DNA of 64,000 nucleotides from the human T2T-CHM13v2.0 reference genome, Homo sapiens, in NCBI RefSeq assembly GCF_009914755.1, contig NC_060930.1. One strand, written 5' to 3'. Shown here in pieces: positions 43,450 to 58,980 of this stretch. The position numbers and the translations under genes were made by a program. The notes below the pieces were generated by a model, which was not told the DNA's origin, made no database searches, and saw only the letters and a list, made by a program, of their open reading frames with translations. Numbering within the stretch: position 1 is the first letter of the stretch; every line of letters begins with the position of its first letter.

Positions 43450-46400
43450 GTAACCCCCTAGGCGACCCTGGGCACAGGGAGCGCGGGCGGCTGAGCGGCC
43501 TGAGCACCGGGTGCGGGGCGTCTGGGCGCGGGGTGGGCATGTGCGGAGCCCGGGCCAGACTTGGGGTGGGATGTGTGGGGGCGGGCGACTGGAGGGCAGC
43601 CGCTGAGGTGGGGGAAACCGGTCCGGTGGCCGAGGGAGGGCTCAGTTCTGAAGAGGACCGGGCGATATTTGGGGATCTCTTTAGGGATAACGGGTTGGGG
43701 GTGGGGCGTCCGTACCTGGGAGCGTTACCGAGCCTGGTGTAGGATAAGAAAAGAAGGGTTATCTTTCGTTTAAGCCACCACTGGGAAAGACGGGGAAAAG
43801 AGATTCCTCATCTGTCTCGGAGCCATCACCCAGGGGAAGAGGGACCGTGCAAAGATGCTAGGGGTCCGTTGCTTCTCAGAAAACTTACAGCGGCTTCTCT
43901 AATAGCTCCCAAAAAGCGGCTTCGTCGGTTTCTGATTCTGGCAATGCCGGCAGCCTCGCTTTATTTTATTATTATTTTTGACCAAAATTAGGATTGATGG
44001 AGAAGGATCTAGAACTGAAGAAGAGAAAATGAATTGTGGGTAGGGCTAAGCAGGGATGAGAGTCGGGATAAGTGATAAAAATAGCCAATAAAAGCCCTAA
44101 AAGTAAATCTAATAGGGCATGAGGGCTTAAAAAGAAAATCTCTCCTGCCGAGATGTGCATCTGCAGGCTCTGTCAATGTGCTCATTGCAATAAGACTCAA
44201 ACTGCAGTCAATCCACATCTGTGAGCTCTCTGACTGCATCTGTCACCTGCAGTTCCAAAGCGACACTGGCAGTAAGTGCATGAGCTTCTGTATTTAGGGT
44301 TTAGAACAGTGCCTTAAAACTGTGACTTAAGAAAAGGGAGCAGGTTTGCGTGTGTGTGTGTAAGCAATGTGGATTCTCTGGGAAAATATAAAAAGAGACA
44401 TAAGAAGGTTCAGCCATCCTGGCATAATTTCGCAGTCTCTTTGAGAAAATGGCAGTTCCTTCCTATTGAGAAGTGACTGTTAGCACTATCTGGTTGAAAG
44501 GATTATTCACAGTTTGGTATGCCCAGTGAAATATCAGTTTATGTTACCTCTTTAGTCTTACATCACAAGCTGCTTAATGGTTTTATACTTTACAAAATCA
44601 TTTTGGGTGAGTAAATGAGGTTTTCCTGTAGCACAATGAAAAGGCCACATATACATACAAAGTTCTTTATGTAAAGTTGAAGATTAAAGATGAAAATAAA
44701 ATTGATAAATCATAGGAGCAATTAGGTCAACCACAGCTTCTGTTTGTTCCCCACCCCTTTTGTTAAACCTGACTTCTCCTAAGCAAAAAGGTGTCATCCT
44801 TTCCCCAGCCTCCTCTTTACGTACCCTCTGCCCTCAAAATCAGTATCAGAAACTCTAGTGACCTATTACTATGTGCCCTTGATTGGGCTGGCTTGTTCCT
44901 GAATGAGGGCTAGCCAGAATATAGCTTCAACTCAGGCGTTTTCATCTTAAGCTTTTAATATGGAATTGAGGTCCAGTGTCTGTTAAAGGAATTTCATTCA
45001 TGTGTAAAGAAGTGGACAGGATGCAAAGTGTGAACATTGGGAAACTTAAGTTGCATTTTAAGACATTAAGAAGAAAAAGATAGATTAATGAATCAAAGAC
45101 TGTTGCTTAATCTTTGTAGCAGTTCTGTGAAGGATATACTGGGATAGCCATACTTGAGGCTGTGGATGTTGAGTCCTGGGGTTATCTTTGTGCATATGAG
45201 ACTTGACGAAGTGTCCCTCAACCTCAGGGCTGCCATCAGACTCACTTGACCCAGATCTAGTTTGCCGTTGTCTGTCTCTTCATTGTTTGAGTGAGGGTCA
45301 AGCCCTAGCTTCCACCTTTATTAACAATGCAGTGTCTGCTTTCCCTGCTCTCCTCCGCCCCAATACTCCCAACTTTGGTGGTAGTTTAGTTACTGTCTTT
45401 TCTTAATCATGTCCCAATCAAAAATGATTTTTTATGCTGTATCATTTCCGTTTCTTACAGCATTTTCAACATGTGTCCTTCGCCTGCATGTGCATTTCAT
45501 TAATGTGATTTTATCTGTTGCATTTTCCTTCTGTACCCTCCTCTTTATTTGGAAAATTGGAGTGGTCATGTTAGATGTTCTGTATTCATTCTGAGTAACT
45601 GTTGGTTGTGAATACAACAGGTTAAGAGCCTCTGCTGAAACTCAAGAGCTTCTATTAAAATAAGGTATATTAAAATTTTTGAACTTAGCAGAATGAAAGA
45701 CGTTAGAAGTCCAAATGGTAATACTGTAATTGTAGACGGTCACTTTTTAAAAAAGTATTGTAGAGCCTGTTCTGTGTTTTAAATTGAACCTTAGATTTTC
45801 ATGATTCTTATTCTAAAAAAATTATTCTTAAAATCAATCTTGACTGAAATTATATTCTGCCAAATTTGAGGGAACTACTTATAGTAATTTCCCCAAGTTA
45901 TTCTTAACATAGAAAATTGTCACATCAGCATTTGTGTGGATGAACACATATAAAATGCAGAATTTGCTATGAAGTAGAACAAATATTTATGAAACATATA
46001 GCTGAATGTTTTTGGAGAGAGTTATTTCTTCTCATGGACATGGCACACTATTTAAAAAAATCAGAAAATACTGTATAATCTAGTTGAGTGAACATGAGGA
46101 CTGTTTTTAGATGAAGGATACCAGTAATAACCTAGGTGATTGATTTCCTTCTGTTTCATCATAGACCATGTGATGAAATTATTGCTATAAAATATGAACG
46201 TTGCAGTTGATTTTTAGAAGAATTTATAGTAGAATGTTTCCACATTGTCTCTGAGTTAAAATCTCTGGTGTTTTCAAATTTTAGCTGTATTGTGACATTC
46301 GAACTAATAAAGATTCCCTGAAACTTAAATCCATTTTGTTGTGCCTTCTGTATGTCTGGTGCCGTGTCAGGTGTGCAAAGCTGGATGAGAGAGGTATTTC

Positions 46401-47639
46401 CCTTCAGGTGCTTTTTGTGCACTTGTAGGTAGCAGAGAAATGACATGTGTGTAATAAAACATGACAGACACAAATATGAAATTTAAATTCTTTATTACAT
46501 ACTGCCTGGTACTGTCACTATTGGTGAATGGACTTCATCATGCCTGCTAAACTAGAAGTTTCTTGAGGATCAGGAGTATGAGTAGCCATCATCATATTGT
46601 ATGTCCCTGCCCTGTGTGTGTATTTTGAAGATTACGTTGTTAATAGAAGGAGATACATGTTTGTTTATTTCACTTCAAGAGCTTAGCTAGTGGATGAAGG
46701 AAACCTTTTTGAAATCTGATTCTTGATGCCTAAAATTTCAACTTTGTATTCTGGCTGTGGGCATGCAAATTACAAGCAGTGACACTTTCTCAAGCATGAT
46801 TACAGCTTCTAACCAATTCAAACAATAAAGATAATGGTGGACTGCCTTCACTTGAGTAGACACGATATTTGCTCTTGTCACATGACTACCACTTTGGGAA
46901 ATTTCAAAAGGATGAGAGACTGTATACGTATCTGAGGTTTTTCCAGGCTACATAGACAAATTTGATTTTTGTATTATTAACCAGTCAATCTTTTCTTTAG
47001 AAGACAGATGGAGTTTGTGTATTTGTGTAGTTGTGAAAAAGCAAGATTCTGGAAGTATGTCTTTAGTGGAAAGGAATCAGGTCACATCAGAAATTCTACT
47101 TGTCTGTGACTAAAGGGTGATAAAATAGAGAATTTGGTTTAAATGGCTGGTTTTGTGGGTTGAAGCATGCTATGGATCCCATTAAATGTTTTTAAAAAAA
47201 AACTCAATAGGGTGATTTCTGGGGTAGTGGAGATGTGCCTTTGTGTGGGAGTCAATAATGAAAATGTTTAAAATTTCACCAAAAAGTACAGCACAGAAGT
47301 TTGGCTGTTGGTTACTTTCACCATCCATTAATAAAAAATACTGAAAACCAGACGGTGTGTTAAGGACAGAGTTTTCTTAGGACATATGTGGATGATTTCA
47401 GCATTGAATTGTGCTTAGCACAAGATAGACATCTGTGTGTAGACATTGGCCCATGGTATGTTTTTGTTTTTTAACTCACTAGGTGAGAACTTAAGTCTTA
47501 CTTAAAAGCAGTAAAAAAATTTGTTTCCATTAATAAAATGGTTCCAAAGAATCAGGTGTTAACGTTCCCGCTCCTGATAAATTACAAGTATTTTCACTGT
47601 GAGACAGAAGAGTTTTGATCAGAATCAGTTACGTTTTCT

Positions 47640-47860
47640 TGAGATTGGGATTGGTACAACACTTAAAGAGTACGGACTCTGGATGCAGGCAGCCTGTGTT
47701 CAGCATCATGGCTGTGCTTTTAATTAATGGCATGGCCTTAAATATTAAATAGCTTTCTCACTGCCCTGAGCCCCAGTTTCCTCATCTGTACTAGGGAGTT
47801 AATACTACTACTACGTTACAGGGTTGCTGTGAGAATTAGCATAAAGCACTTAGAACTTTA
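47640..47860. mobile_element. MIR
   Basis: cagtttcctcatctgta core. Confidence 0.75.
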
Positions 47861-49013
47861 GTTAAAAGCTTTAAAAAGTATTAGCAGGTGCTAGTAGCAG
47901 TGGCACTGGATATTATTTTAAAGGTGAACTGTTGGACCACTTGGATGCTTTGTTTCTTTGGTTGGGAGGCTTTCTACTAGAGCATTGAAATTCTTTCTTT
48001 CTTTCTGTTCACTGACTATTGGACTCATCTCTGCTGTTAGGCTTTAGGAGGGGGAAGTACTTTTTTTAAGTTTTGAATTGTCACACAGGCATCTGGTTAT
48101 CACTGATGGCAGATGGACTAAGTAAAGAGAGACATCTCTGTTTCTTGGAAAAGGAAGGCCGACAAAGCCTGGGCTGGCACCATGTTGCAGCTATTGAAAT
48201 ACTATTTCCCTGTGGACTTGACTTGTTTAGCTGTATGATACTTCTGAATAAAAGGAATAAACCCCAATGGTTTCATTTAACAGAATTAGGCTTTCGTTAG
48301 AAGGCACTATTTTTTACTTGTATAACCTTAGTTGATGGTAAACTTGAAGCTTGTTAGTATCAGTGTAAAGCCATGTGTTGTGAGCTTTCTGTGCCACTAT
48401 GAATGTTCTAATAGTAGCTTTTTTTTGTAATTTTAGAAGTAGCTAAAATTGCTGCTCTGCCCCAGTAATTCAAGTGGCTCAAGAATGACTTCGTAGGATA
48501 GCAAAATTATTTGTTTATGGTAAAGCTAAAAACAAATACTGAAGCTACCTAATCAGGAAAATAATTTGATAATTATAGTTTTGTTTAGGCTGCTGCTGAA
48601 ATAATAGCTAACTTTAAAAAGTTAAGTCCAAATGTTTTAGTTTAGTTGTGTGGACATTGGAAACTGCTGACTAAAAATAAATGTTTCTGCCTAAACAAAG
48701 TGAATTGCAGACTGTTCTTTCCTATTCTGGCTAATAACCAGGTCTTAGTTTTTAGTTGAAATCCATTTTTATAAAATATATACTATAGAGGTTTATATAA
48801 AATATATTATTAAAAGCATATTTTGCTTTAAATGTGCAGGGTAAAGTGTTATAATTCCTTCTTCCATGTTGTGCTGGTTTTGTTTATTTGTTTCAGCTGG
48901 TTTTTATAAGCTTCCACACACTAAGGAGGTTGGCAAATATGCTTGTATTTAGAGGTGTGACTTTTGTTTTCCTGTTTAAGAGAGGAAATGATCATGACTG
49001 TTGCACCAAATAG

Positions 49014-49370
<357 letters not shown>

Positions 49371-49464
49371 TGTGTTAGGAAATTTTTAGGAAAACAGGTT
49401 GCCATGGTATCAGTACTATAGTCCACAATAAAACTTGCCTGTTTTGAGACAAAGTTCTGTCTAA

Positions 49465-49806
<342 letters not shown>

Positions 49807-51480
49807 ACCTAGTGTTCTTTCTATCACACTCTTTTTCAGGGACAGATGTTGCTGTCTTTCAGATATGAACATAATAAAGTCAATGTGTAACCCAAAAGTG
49901 CAAATATGAAGATGGAGATTTGATTTATGACTGTGGACAACATTTATAGGGCCTGTTACTGTTTGAAACTCAGTTAATGAACTTGAAGCTTTTGTGGAAC
50001 AAGAACCACCCCATCCTTTTTAATTTGTCAGATGCTTCTGGTGAGCCGCAAGCGTTTTTCCTCTCACCTACTTATGGCTGCAGTGTGTTCCTTGGGCATT
50101 TCCAGTGACTTGTGTACATGTACAACCTAGGAAAGTTGTAATGAGCATACCTTAATTGCTTGTGGGTTGACCTCCTTCCAGGATCTTTGCTCGTTACAGA
50201 TTAGGGTGGTTGCAGGGATCACAGACAACCATATTGAAGGCACAATGACTAATTCATTAGACCTTCCTCAACAGAAATTAGTGTGCTAATCTTAAAGGTA
50301 CTCTGTTCTTTACTCTTCTTTTGTACTGAGGGGGGAGGCCCTCAGTAAGGGATGCTGAGTGGCTCAACAGATTAAAAAGCTATATTGCTAATGGAAATCT
50401 GTAGGTCTCAGTATAGCAGAGAAAGCCTTTGGCTGACCAGCCTTTTTTTTTTTTTTTTTTAATTTTAAGAAATTCAACACTACTCCTTGGCTGTGGCCAG
50501 TAATCTTGAAACTTCCACTTCAGTGCGCAGTACAAAACAACTTGGATAATTATTTAATTTGTCTGTACATTTAGAATGCATGCCTCTTGATTTACTCTTT
50601 CTAGGCTTTTGGTTTTGGCCTATTAAAATTAGAAGAGTTTCAAATGCCTGAAACAATATTCTGAATTTGTTTGTCTTGGTTATATATTTTTGCTGTCTCT
50701 TTGGGTATAGAGGAAAAATGGCTTCATCATCACACCCTGTTTAACTTTAACTGAATGGTTGATATCTTGGAAGTGACTGACAGGGTGGCCATTCTCTGAT
50801 GACCGGCTATAGTGGAATTAGCTGTAGGCTATAGAACATGGGTGAGTTAGAACCCTTGGGGATGAAGAAAAGGAGACAGTAACTTTCAGAGGATGAGAAA
50901 AGGGAATATAAAAAATGCTGAAGGTCAGTAGGTGTGTTTTAATTAAAATAATTCTTTTCTTACATCAGAAATATATTTTTGTATTTGTAAAAGCTCCTGG
51001 AACACAGTTGCTCTTCAGGATTTGGGGGTCTGACCTAAAACCATTAGTAACTTGTTAGGTGTAGGAGCACTAAGTAGTATAATATACCAGAAAGTGAAGT
51101 AAGGGAAGAGTTGGATACTGTTGGAGAACTTGAGTCAGTTGAGGCTACTCAGATTCTTATTGCTATCGTGAAAGATATCTACTGTTTACACTTACCTGCC
51201 CCCAACCCCACAAACCATTTTCTCAGTTGTTCTTAAGGTATTCATTTAATTCATCAACTTTTTATTGAGTTTAGGACCAAATGCCAGCAATTCAGCCAAG
51301 TTCTAAAGACACACATTTAAATTAAACAGTTATCTTCAAGGAGCTTGGTGTCTGCAGTTCAGTAGACACTTATAACACCAACAGTACCATTCATTTGCTG
51401 TGCCCTCTGCCGGGTTGCTCTTCTCCCAGTGTTTCATATGGCTGGCTACTTCTTATCCTTTAAGATCTCTTTTTAAGATT

Positions 51481-51786
51481 CTTTCTTTCTTTTTTTTTTT
51501 TTTTTTTTTGAGACGGAGTCGTGCTCTGTCACCCATGCTAGAGTGCAGTGGTGCAATCTCGGCTCATTGCAACCTCCGCCTCCCGAGTTCAAGCATTCTT
51601 CTGCCTCAGCCTCCTGGGTAGCTGGGATTACAGGTGCACATCACCATGCCCGACTAGTTTTTGTATTTAGTAGAGATGGGGTTTCACCATGTTAATCGGG
51701 CTGGTCTTGAATCCCTGACCTCGTGATCCATGCGCCTTGGCCTCCCAAAGTGCTGGGATTACAGGTGTGACCCACCGCACTTGGCC
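51481..51786 (-). mobile_element. Alu (AluS)
   Basis: Full dimer within L2-like flanks. Confidence 0.95.
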
Positions 51787-53449
51787 AAGAATTATTTCTT
51801 ACCTCTTAAGAAAGTTGAAAGACCTTCCCTGGATCATTGCTCCTGAAGTTTCTCTTTCATTATCTCGTTTCCTTTATAACATAGATCACATTCTCTTGAT
51901 TATTTTGTCAGCCTATTTGTTGTCTTTTTCTTCCACTGAAATACAACTGCCATGAGAGTTGCTTGCCTGACCATTTTGTTCTGAGCTGTATTCCCAGTGT
52001 CTACCCGCAGAGCTTGGTTCACATGAGTTGCATACTAAATATGCAATTATGCGTAAAAGTTTCCTAGTTGAAGGAGTGGGGAAAGGACGATTTAGGCAGC
52101 TATAAAACCGCGAAACAGTCTGTTATTGGAAGAGGAATGGTGTAAAGCTGAGAATGTTAAGGTGTGTTGGAAGTGGAAGATTAGGTTATATAAGGAAGAT
52201 CGGGGGTGGGAAGTCCACTGCATTCCAAGGCAAGCAGATGAGATTCTGTTTTTCATTCTAAGAGAGCCAAGAGATGCTTCTTCAGATAGGGAGACAATTA
52301 GGAAGATAATCCTGGTAGCTATTTGGTAGATGGATTAGAGCATGGAGAATGCAAGCAGAGAGTTCTATTAGAAGCCTGTAGCCATAATGACATGTGAGCT
52401 GGCCTAAAATAAAACGTTGCTTTGGATGCAGAAAAGAAGCTAGATTAAAAGTTAACTGAGCAGAGGAGAAGAATGAGAGATGAAGGATGATTCTGAAATT
52501 TCTGGTTGAAGTGAGCGAGTGTTAATTGTGACTCACTCCATTCACAGAATTACAAGGAGATAGAGCAAGATTTCTTGAGGTGCTTAATGAGTTTTGTTTG
52601 TATGTGTCGATTTTAATAGATATGCCTAATAGATGATTGGGAATATGGATTCAGATATCTGATAGGTCAGGATAGATGTAGGAGCCAGCCATAAGCTCAT
52701 AGATAGCAACTGAGGCCTGAAAAGTTTAAAGAGGAAAAGGATTTCAGGCAGTGGTTTATAACCTTTAGGGATCTTAAACCTATTGGTAATATGAAAAAAA
52801 CAATGGCCTTCTCAGGTACAGATTAGTGTGTATACAATTTCAGGGGGTTCCTAACCTGTGGAACCTATTGTTGAGCTTTTCAGGGTCTGGCATGGATTTC
52901 AGTTAAGAACTTCTGATTTAAGGAACAGACAGAGAAGTATATGAGATGGGGAGAGAATTCAAGAAAGCTTCTTCAGAATCCAGGGATAGGACATGGCAAG
53001 GGAGCAGTTGGAGAATCAGAAGTTCCCAGTGCTTTATGCTCTAGAGTAGGAGGGAGTTTAAAGTGTGCCATTGAATTCAGCAATGAGCCATTCATTTGTA
53101 ACATTTTGTACTGTGTAGAGGCAGAAGACAGATTATGCTGGTTTAAAAGCATGAAGTGGAGTTTGGGAAACAAGGGATGGTAAACAGAATGTAGAAGTCT
53201 TGATGTTCTCTGATAAACAGTACTGATAGAAGAATAGAGCCCTTTTTAAGGATTTATGGAGAGGGAAATTCCATTATTTTAATTACCCTATGATGGTGTT
53301 TCAACCCAGTCGTTCTCAACTGACTACCCATTAGAAACATCTTGGAAATATTTTCAAAATTAGGGCCCTATCAAGGTCAATTAAATCTGTATTTGTGGGA
53401 TTTGAGCATCTTCATAGTTATTATCTTGTTTCTGTTGTTTTGTCTTTTG

Positions 53450-53741
53450 GTCTTTTTATTTGTTTAAGACATAGTCTCACTCTATAGCCCAGACTGGAGT
53501 GCAGTGGTGTGATCATAACTCACTGCAGCCTTGACCTCCCAGGCTCAATCCTCTTGCCTCAGCCTCCTGAGTAGCTGGGCCTATAGGCACACACCACCAC
53601 ATCTGGCTAATTTTTGTATTTTTTTGTCGAGACAGAGTCTCACCATGTTGCTCAGTCTGGTCTGTAACTCCTGGCTCAAGCAACCTGCCCACCTTGGCCT
53701 CCCAAAGTGCTGGGATTACAGGCATGAGTCCACCAGGCCTG
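53450..53741 (-). mobile_element. Alu (AluJ)
   Basis: Diverged dimer. Confidence 0.9.
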
Positions 53742-53771
53742 TCCTTGTCTTTTTCTTAATCGTTAAGAACC

Positions 53772-54099
<328 letters not shown>

Positions 54100-54432
54100 T
54101 TATCACTCTTGTGTGTTCTGTGTAAGAACCCATTCTTTTACTTGTATATTATCATTAAATTACTCACCCTACTGTTGTGGTAGTGTTCTTGACTTTCTCA
54201 CAGACCATAATTTCAGGTTTTAAAAATGTATGGCTTTCTTCTGATCTCTAGCCAAGTTCTCTGTGTTTATCCTTTTTGAGTGACGCACCCTTCAACCAGT
54301 TACTCAGATCTGACAAGCTCTGAGTAAAATAAGAAATTCCTAATGGTGCTTACATGTGGAAAGAGTGTTCATTATGTAATCATGTTTGTTTTAAGTATAT
54401 TTTGTACTGTTTTTTAAACCAGAAATGTTTGA

Positions 54433-54770
<338 letters not shown>

Positions 54771-57480
54771 GAACTCTGTTTTATTTTCCCAAGTAACTAA
54801 TTTCATAATCTGACCTTCCTTTTCTTAAAATGGCATTTGTGCATGACATAGACCTTAAACAGGTTGTCTATGCTAGAGCATTTTATATGAGGGGTAACTC
54901 TATAAAAACAGTCGAAACTATGAAAATAGGAAGTTTCACCCGTTGTATTTTCCCCATGCAGTACTTTCTCTTGATTAAATTCTTGATGAGTTATCAGTGC
55001 TTCAAGTTTGAGCCCTGCATTCACACCCTTGAAATAAATCAGAATATAGAGAGGCTTGATCTTGATGCATGCCAATTCTGACACCAACTTATGAGAAGAT
55101 TTATTCAGTCTTTTAGCTACCCTAGTGAATTAACATTTACACTTGTAAATGAAACTAATAATCTTTTAAAAATTATGCTGTTTTGTTAGCATTAATTTAA
55201 TGGCTAAATTAGTCTTACAAATTATAGTCACTTACAGTAGCTTAGGACAAATATCAAACTTCTCAGTAAAGAGATGAAACTTTTTAGCTTTTAAAATTAT
55301 AGTCCGTAATATGGGAAGTAGGGGCACATATAAGACCTGCTCAAGAAAACAAATACCTTACAATTTAAATGAAATGAACATCATAAACTTGTATCACAAT
55401 TTAATATCCAAACCCATTATGCTTCTAATTTTCCTGCTTTTTTGCAGGTACCTAATGAAGTAAAATCTAGCATAATACCTATTTCGTAACATGTAGTAGA
55501 TTTGGTCAGTCTTTTCCTGTTTCATTTGCCACCTTCCCTGTCCCCACTCCCCTCAGCACCACCAAAAAAGAACCCCATGATCAACAACTATTTGCTTTGA
55601 TTTGATGGTTTTGTTATTGTTGGAGTTTTGTGGGTTTTTTTTTTTAATTCACTGTTAAATTTAGTGCTTTTTTCAGTACTCATTTCACTTAACAGATACA
55701 TCAAAGTTGTATTCTTTATTTTTACCACTTACTTTTAAACTTGAAGGAATATGATTTGCTTTTGTGTTCCAAAGCTTGAGGACTACAGTGAGTAACTAGA
55801 AATCCTTTCCATTTTTGAACATTTCTCCATCCATATGAAGAAAGGAGATATAATAATAGTAACAATAAGAACAGCTACATTTGAATGCTTGTCATGTGCA
55901 AGTACTGTGCCAAGCGCTTTATATGAAATTTAATTTTCACAACACTATGATGGGTTCTGTTTATCTGCCTTATTTTACAGAGGAGGATATTGAGGCACAA
56001 AGGTGTTAACTTACCCACAGTCATATGGCTAATAAGTGGTAGAGTCTAGATTTAACCCAAGCATTCTGCTGAGCTCTTCAACTTCAGAGACAGAGAGAGA
56101 CAGAAAGAAACAGAGAGAGAGTGTGTGTGCATGTGTGTGTGTGTCGTGTGGGTGTGTAAGTAAACATTGCTTTTTAATAACCTCAAGCTTACAGTTAAAC
56201 TCTGCAGACATTTTATTGAATGTGTATGGCGCATTGGGAACTACGCCAAGGCTGGGGTACAGAAATAAAGAAGATTTGATCATGCTTCTGAGGAGCTTAT
56301 TGTCTACCAAGGAGACTATAAATAGGAAACATTTTACCATAGTTTGTAGTGTGGAAAACTGTGATATAAGTATGTATAGTAACATTACCATTGACCAAAT
56401 GGGACTCAGAATAGGGACACTCTGGCTTAATATTGAGGATCAGATTTCTGAGTTCCTTTGATTTTTAAATTTCACCCATGATGGTTTTAATTACCTTCTG
56501 TACTAGGATTTCCAAATTTTCATTTCCAGTCTTAACCTAGACCTGTCCTGAGCAATGGACTTTTAGCTGATTAACTGCTCCGTATCTCCTCTTGGATGTC
56601 TCACAAGTTCCTTCAGTTCAAAATGTCCAAAACCGAATTGTTAACCCCTCCTACCTTTCTCATCTGCCCTGCAAACCTGCCCTTTCTCCAGTGTTTCCTA
56701 TCTTAGTAAATAGTATCTTAGGCCACAAACCTGCAGTCATTCTCCATCTCCCTTTTTTCCATCCCCATATCAATCAGAAAATTCTGTTCACTCTATCTCT
56801 TAAAACTGCCTGTCTTGTGTCTACTACTTTGCATTTTCAAACAGTACTACCACTGTGGTCCGTCCTGTCATCTTGCCTGGACTGCTGTGCTACCCATTCT
56901 TCTCTTTCAGTCCATCCTCCCATTGCAGAGTGGTGGTGATACATTTTTATAATGCAAATACGTGATGTCAGTTCTTGCTGCTTTTTTAGCTAACCACTAC
57001 TTTTGAGATAAACATGAAAATTCTGAACGTGGCATAGAAGGCATGATTTGACCCCTCCCTGCATTTCTAGCCTAGTCTTATGCCACTTTCCTTTTCACTT
57101 TTCTCACCGTAGCCATGCTGATTCTTCCTTCAGGCCTGAGCAGTTCCTACTCTTAGCTGAGAACATCTGCTGTTTCCTGAACCGAGTCTGTTCACTACCA
57201 GGTCCCTATCCCCTAGTATGGGTCTTAATGCTTAGATTTCCAGTTCATTGTTATAGAATTGATTGAATGAAGGTGATGCTCAGCTGTAGAACAAGTGGGA
57301 GTGGATCACATGTAGAAGTGGGCATAAATCATTTTCAGCAGAATGAATTAGATTAAGCGGGCAAAAGGTTAATATTCTTTATATATTAGAGCTTCCATAA
57401 ATCAATAAGAAATCTTAGAAGGAAAATGAACAGAAGATAGGAGGCAGCTAACTTTAAAGAAATACAAATGGTTAGTAATA

Positions 57481-57785
57481 TAGTCATGCATCGCTTAATG
57501 ACAAGGATGTGTCCTGAGAAGTGAGTTTGTCATCACGTGAACGTCATAGAGTATAATTATATAAACCCAGACGGTAGAATCTACTACACACCTGGGCTAT
57601 GTAGTATAGCCTATTGCTTGTAGGCAGTGAACCTATACAGCATGTTTCTTTACTGAGTACTGTAGGCAGTTGTAACATAATCATAAGTATTTGGGTATCT
57701 AAACATAGGAAAGGTGTAGTAGAACTACGGTATTATAATATTATGGACCCCTGGACCAAAACATTGTTAGGCAGCACATGACTGT
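57481..57785. mobile_element. Tigger3a/MER7-like DNA transposon (opposite orientation to 8760-9090)
   Basis: tagtcatgcatcgcttaatgac...gcagcacatgactg TIRs. Confidence 0.8.
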
Positions 57786-58023
57786 GTTTGAAAAGTTCAC
57801 CCTCATTAGTATTCAAGGAAAATCAATTAATTCAGTATTGCTGCTTTTCATATCTCAGGTTGTCCAAGATTTTTATAAAATCCTTTGCTGACTAGGTAAG
57901 ACAGCATGTGCGATCCCAATCTTGTTTCATGTGCACAGACAAATATATGGATTTAGAGCCTAGGACCATGTGCTTATATGAGCACAGGAAAAAAGCAGTT
58001 ATCACTGTTAGGATTATGGGTGA

Positions 58024-58257
<234 letters not shown>

Positions 58258-58685
58258 AGGTGACTATTTGAGTATTTCTTATATAATCAGAAAATGACAT
58301 GCTATCTTCCTTAAATCTTGTATACTTAGACAGTTTATCTGAAATATTAAGAAATCTATCCAAAATAAAACTTGCTTTTATATAGTAAGGAATCATATGC
58401 CAAATTTCTCATCTTTGCGTTTGAATTTCCAAATGTAAGGTTGTAGTCAGTAAAATACACTTTTTTCCTTTATCCACAATAGTATATTAGTTAATATTAT
58501 TGTTAGCATTCACTAATACATTGCTTTAATAGAGCATATCAAAATTTGTGAGTTTTTTTATTCTTCAAAACAATCATGAGAGGTAAATGGTATTGTGTTT
58601 TACAAATGAGAACAGGAGCAGTTCAGAACTAGTCCACTGTCGTGTAGCTTCCATTACAATTGATGTCTACTGTCTTAGCATCCAA

Positions 58686-58980
58686 GTTTTTTGTTTTGTT
58701 TTGTTTCTTTTGAGATGGAGTCCGCTCTCGCCCACGCTGGAGTGCAGTGGCACAATCTCTGCTCACTGCAGCCTCTGCCCTTGGGTTCAAGCAGTTCTCT
58801 TGCCTCAGCCTCCGCAGTAGCTGGGACTACAGGCGCCCACTGCCATGCCTGGCTAATTTTTGTATTTTTGGTAGGAGCGAGGTTTCACCAGGCTGGTCTC
58901 CAACTCCTGACCTCAAATGATCCACCCATCTTGGCCTCCCAGAGTGCTGAGATTACAGGCGTGAGGCACCACTCCTGGTC
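58686..58980 (-). mobile_element. Alu (AluS)
   Basis: TSD atccaagtttt. Confidence 0.95.

Larger units (their letters stand above)
41970..43960. promoter_or_regulatory. CpG island / dual TATA-less promoter
   Basis: High GC and CpG density; CCAAT 41979-41983; GC box GGGGGCGGGG near 43085-43095; ETS CCGGAAAT 43124-43131 and CCGGAA near 43255. Confidence 0.9.

Noticed and set aside
43138-43540. Minus-strand ORFs MRRMRRRS... and MPTPRPD...
   Set aside because: Antisense shadows of the GC-rich uORF exon; no independent support.
43365-43742. 125-aa + strand ORF
   Set aside because: Non-ATG start, runs through the splice donor into low-complexity GC-rich intron.
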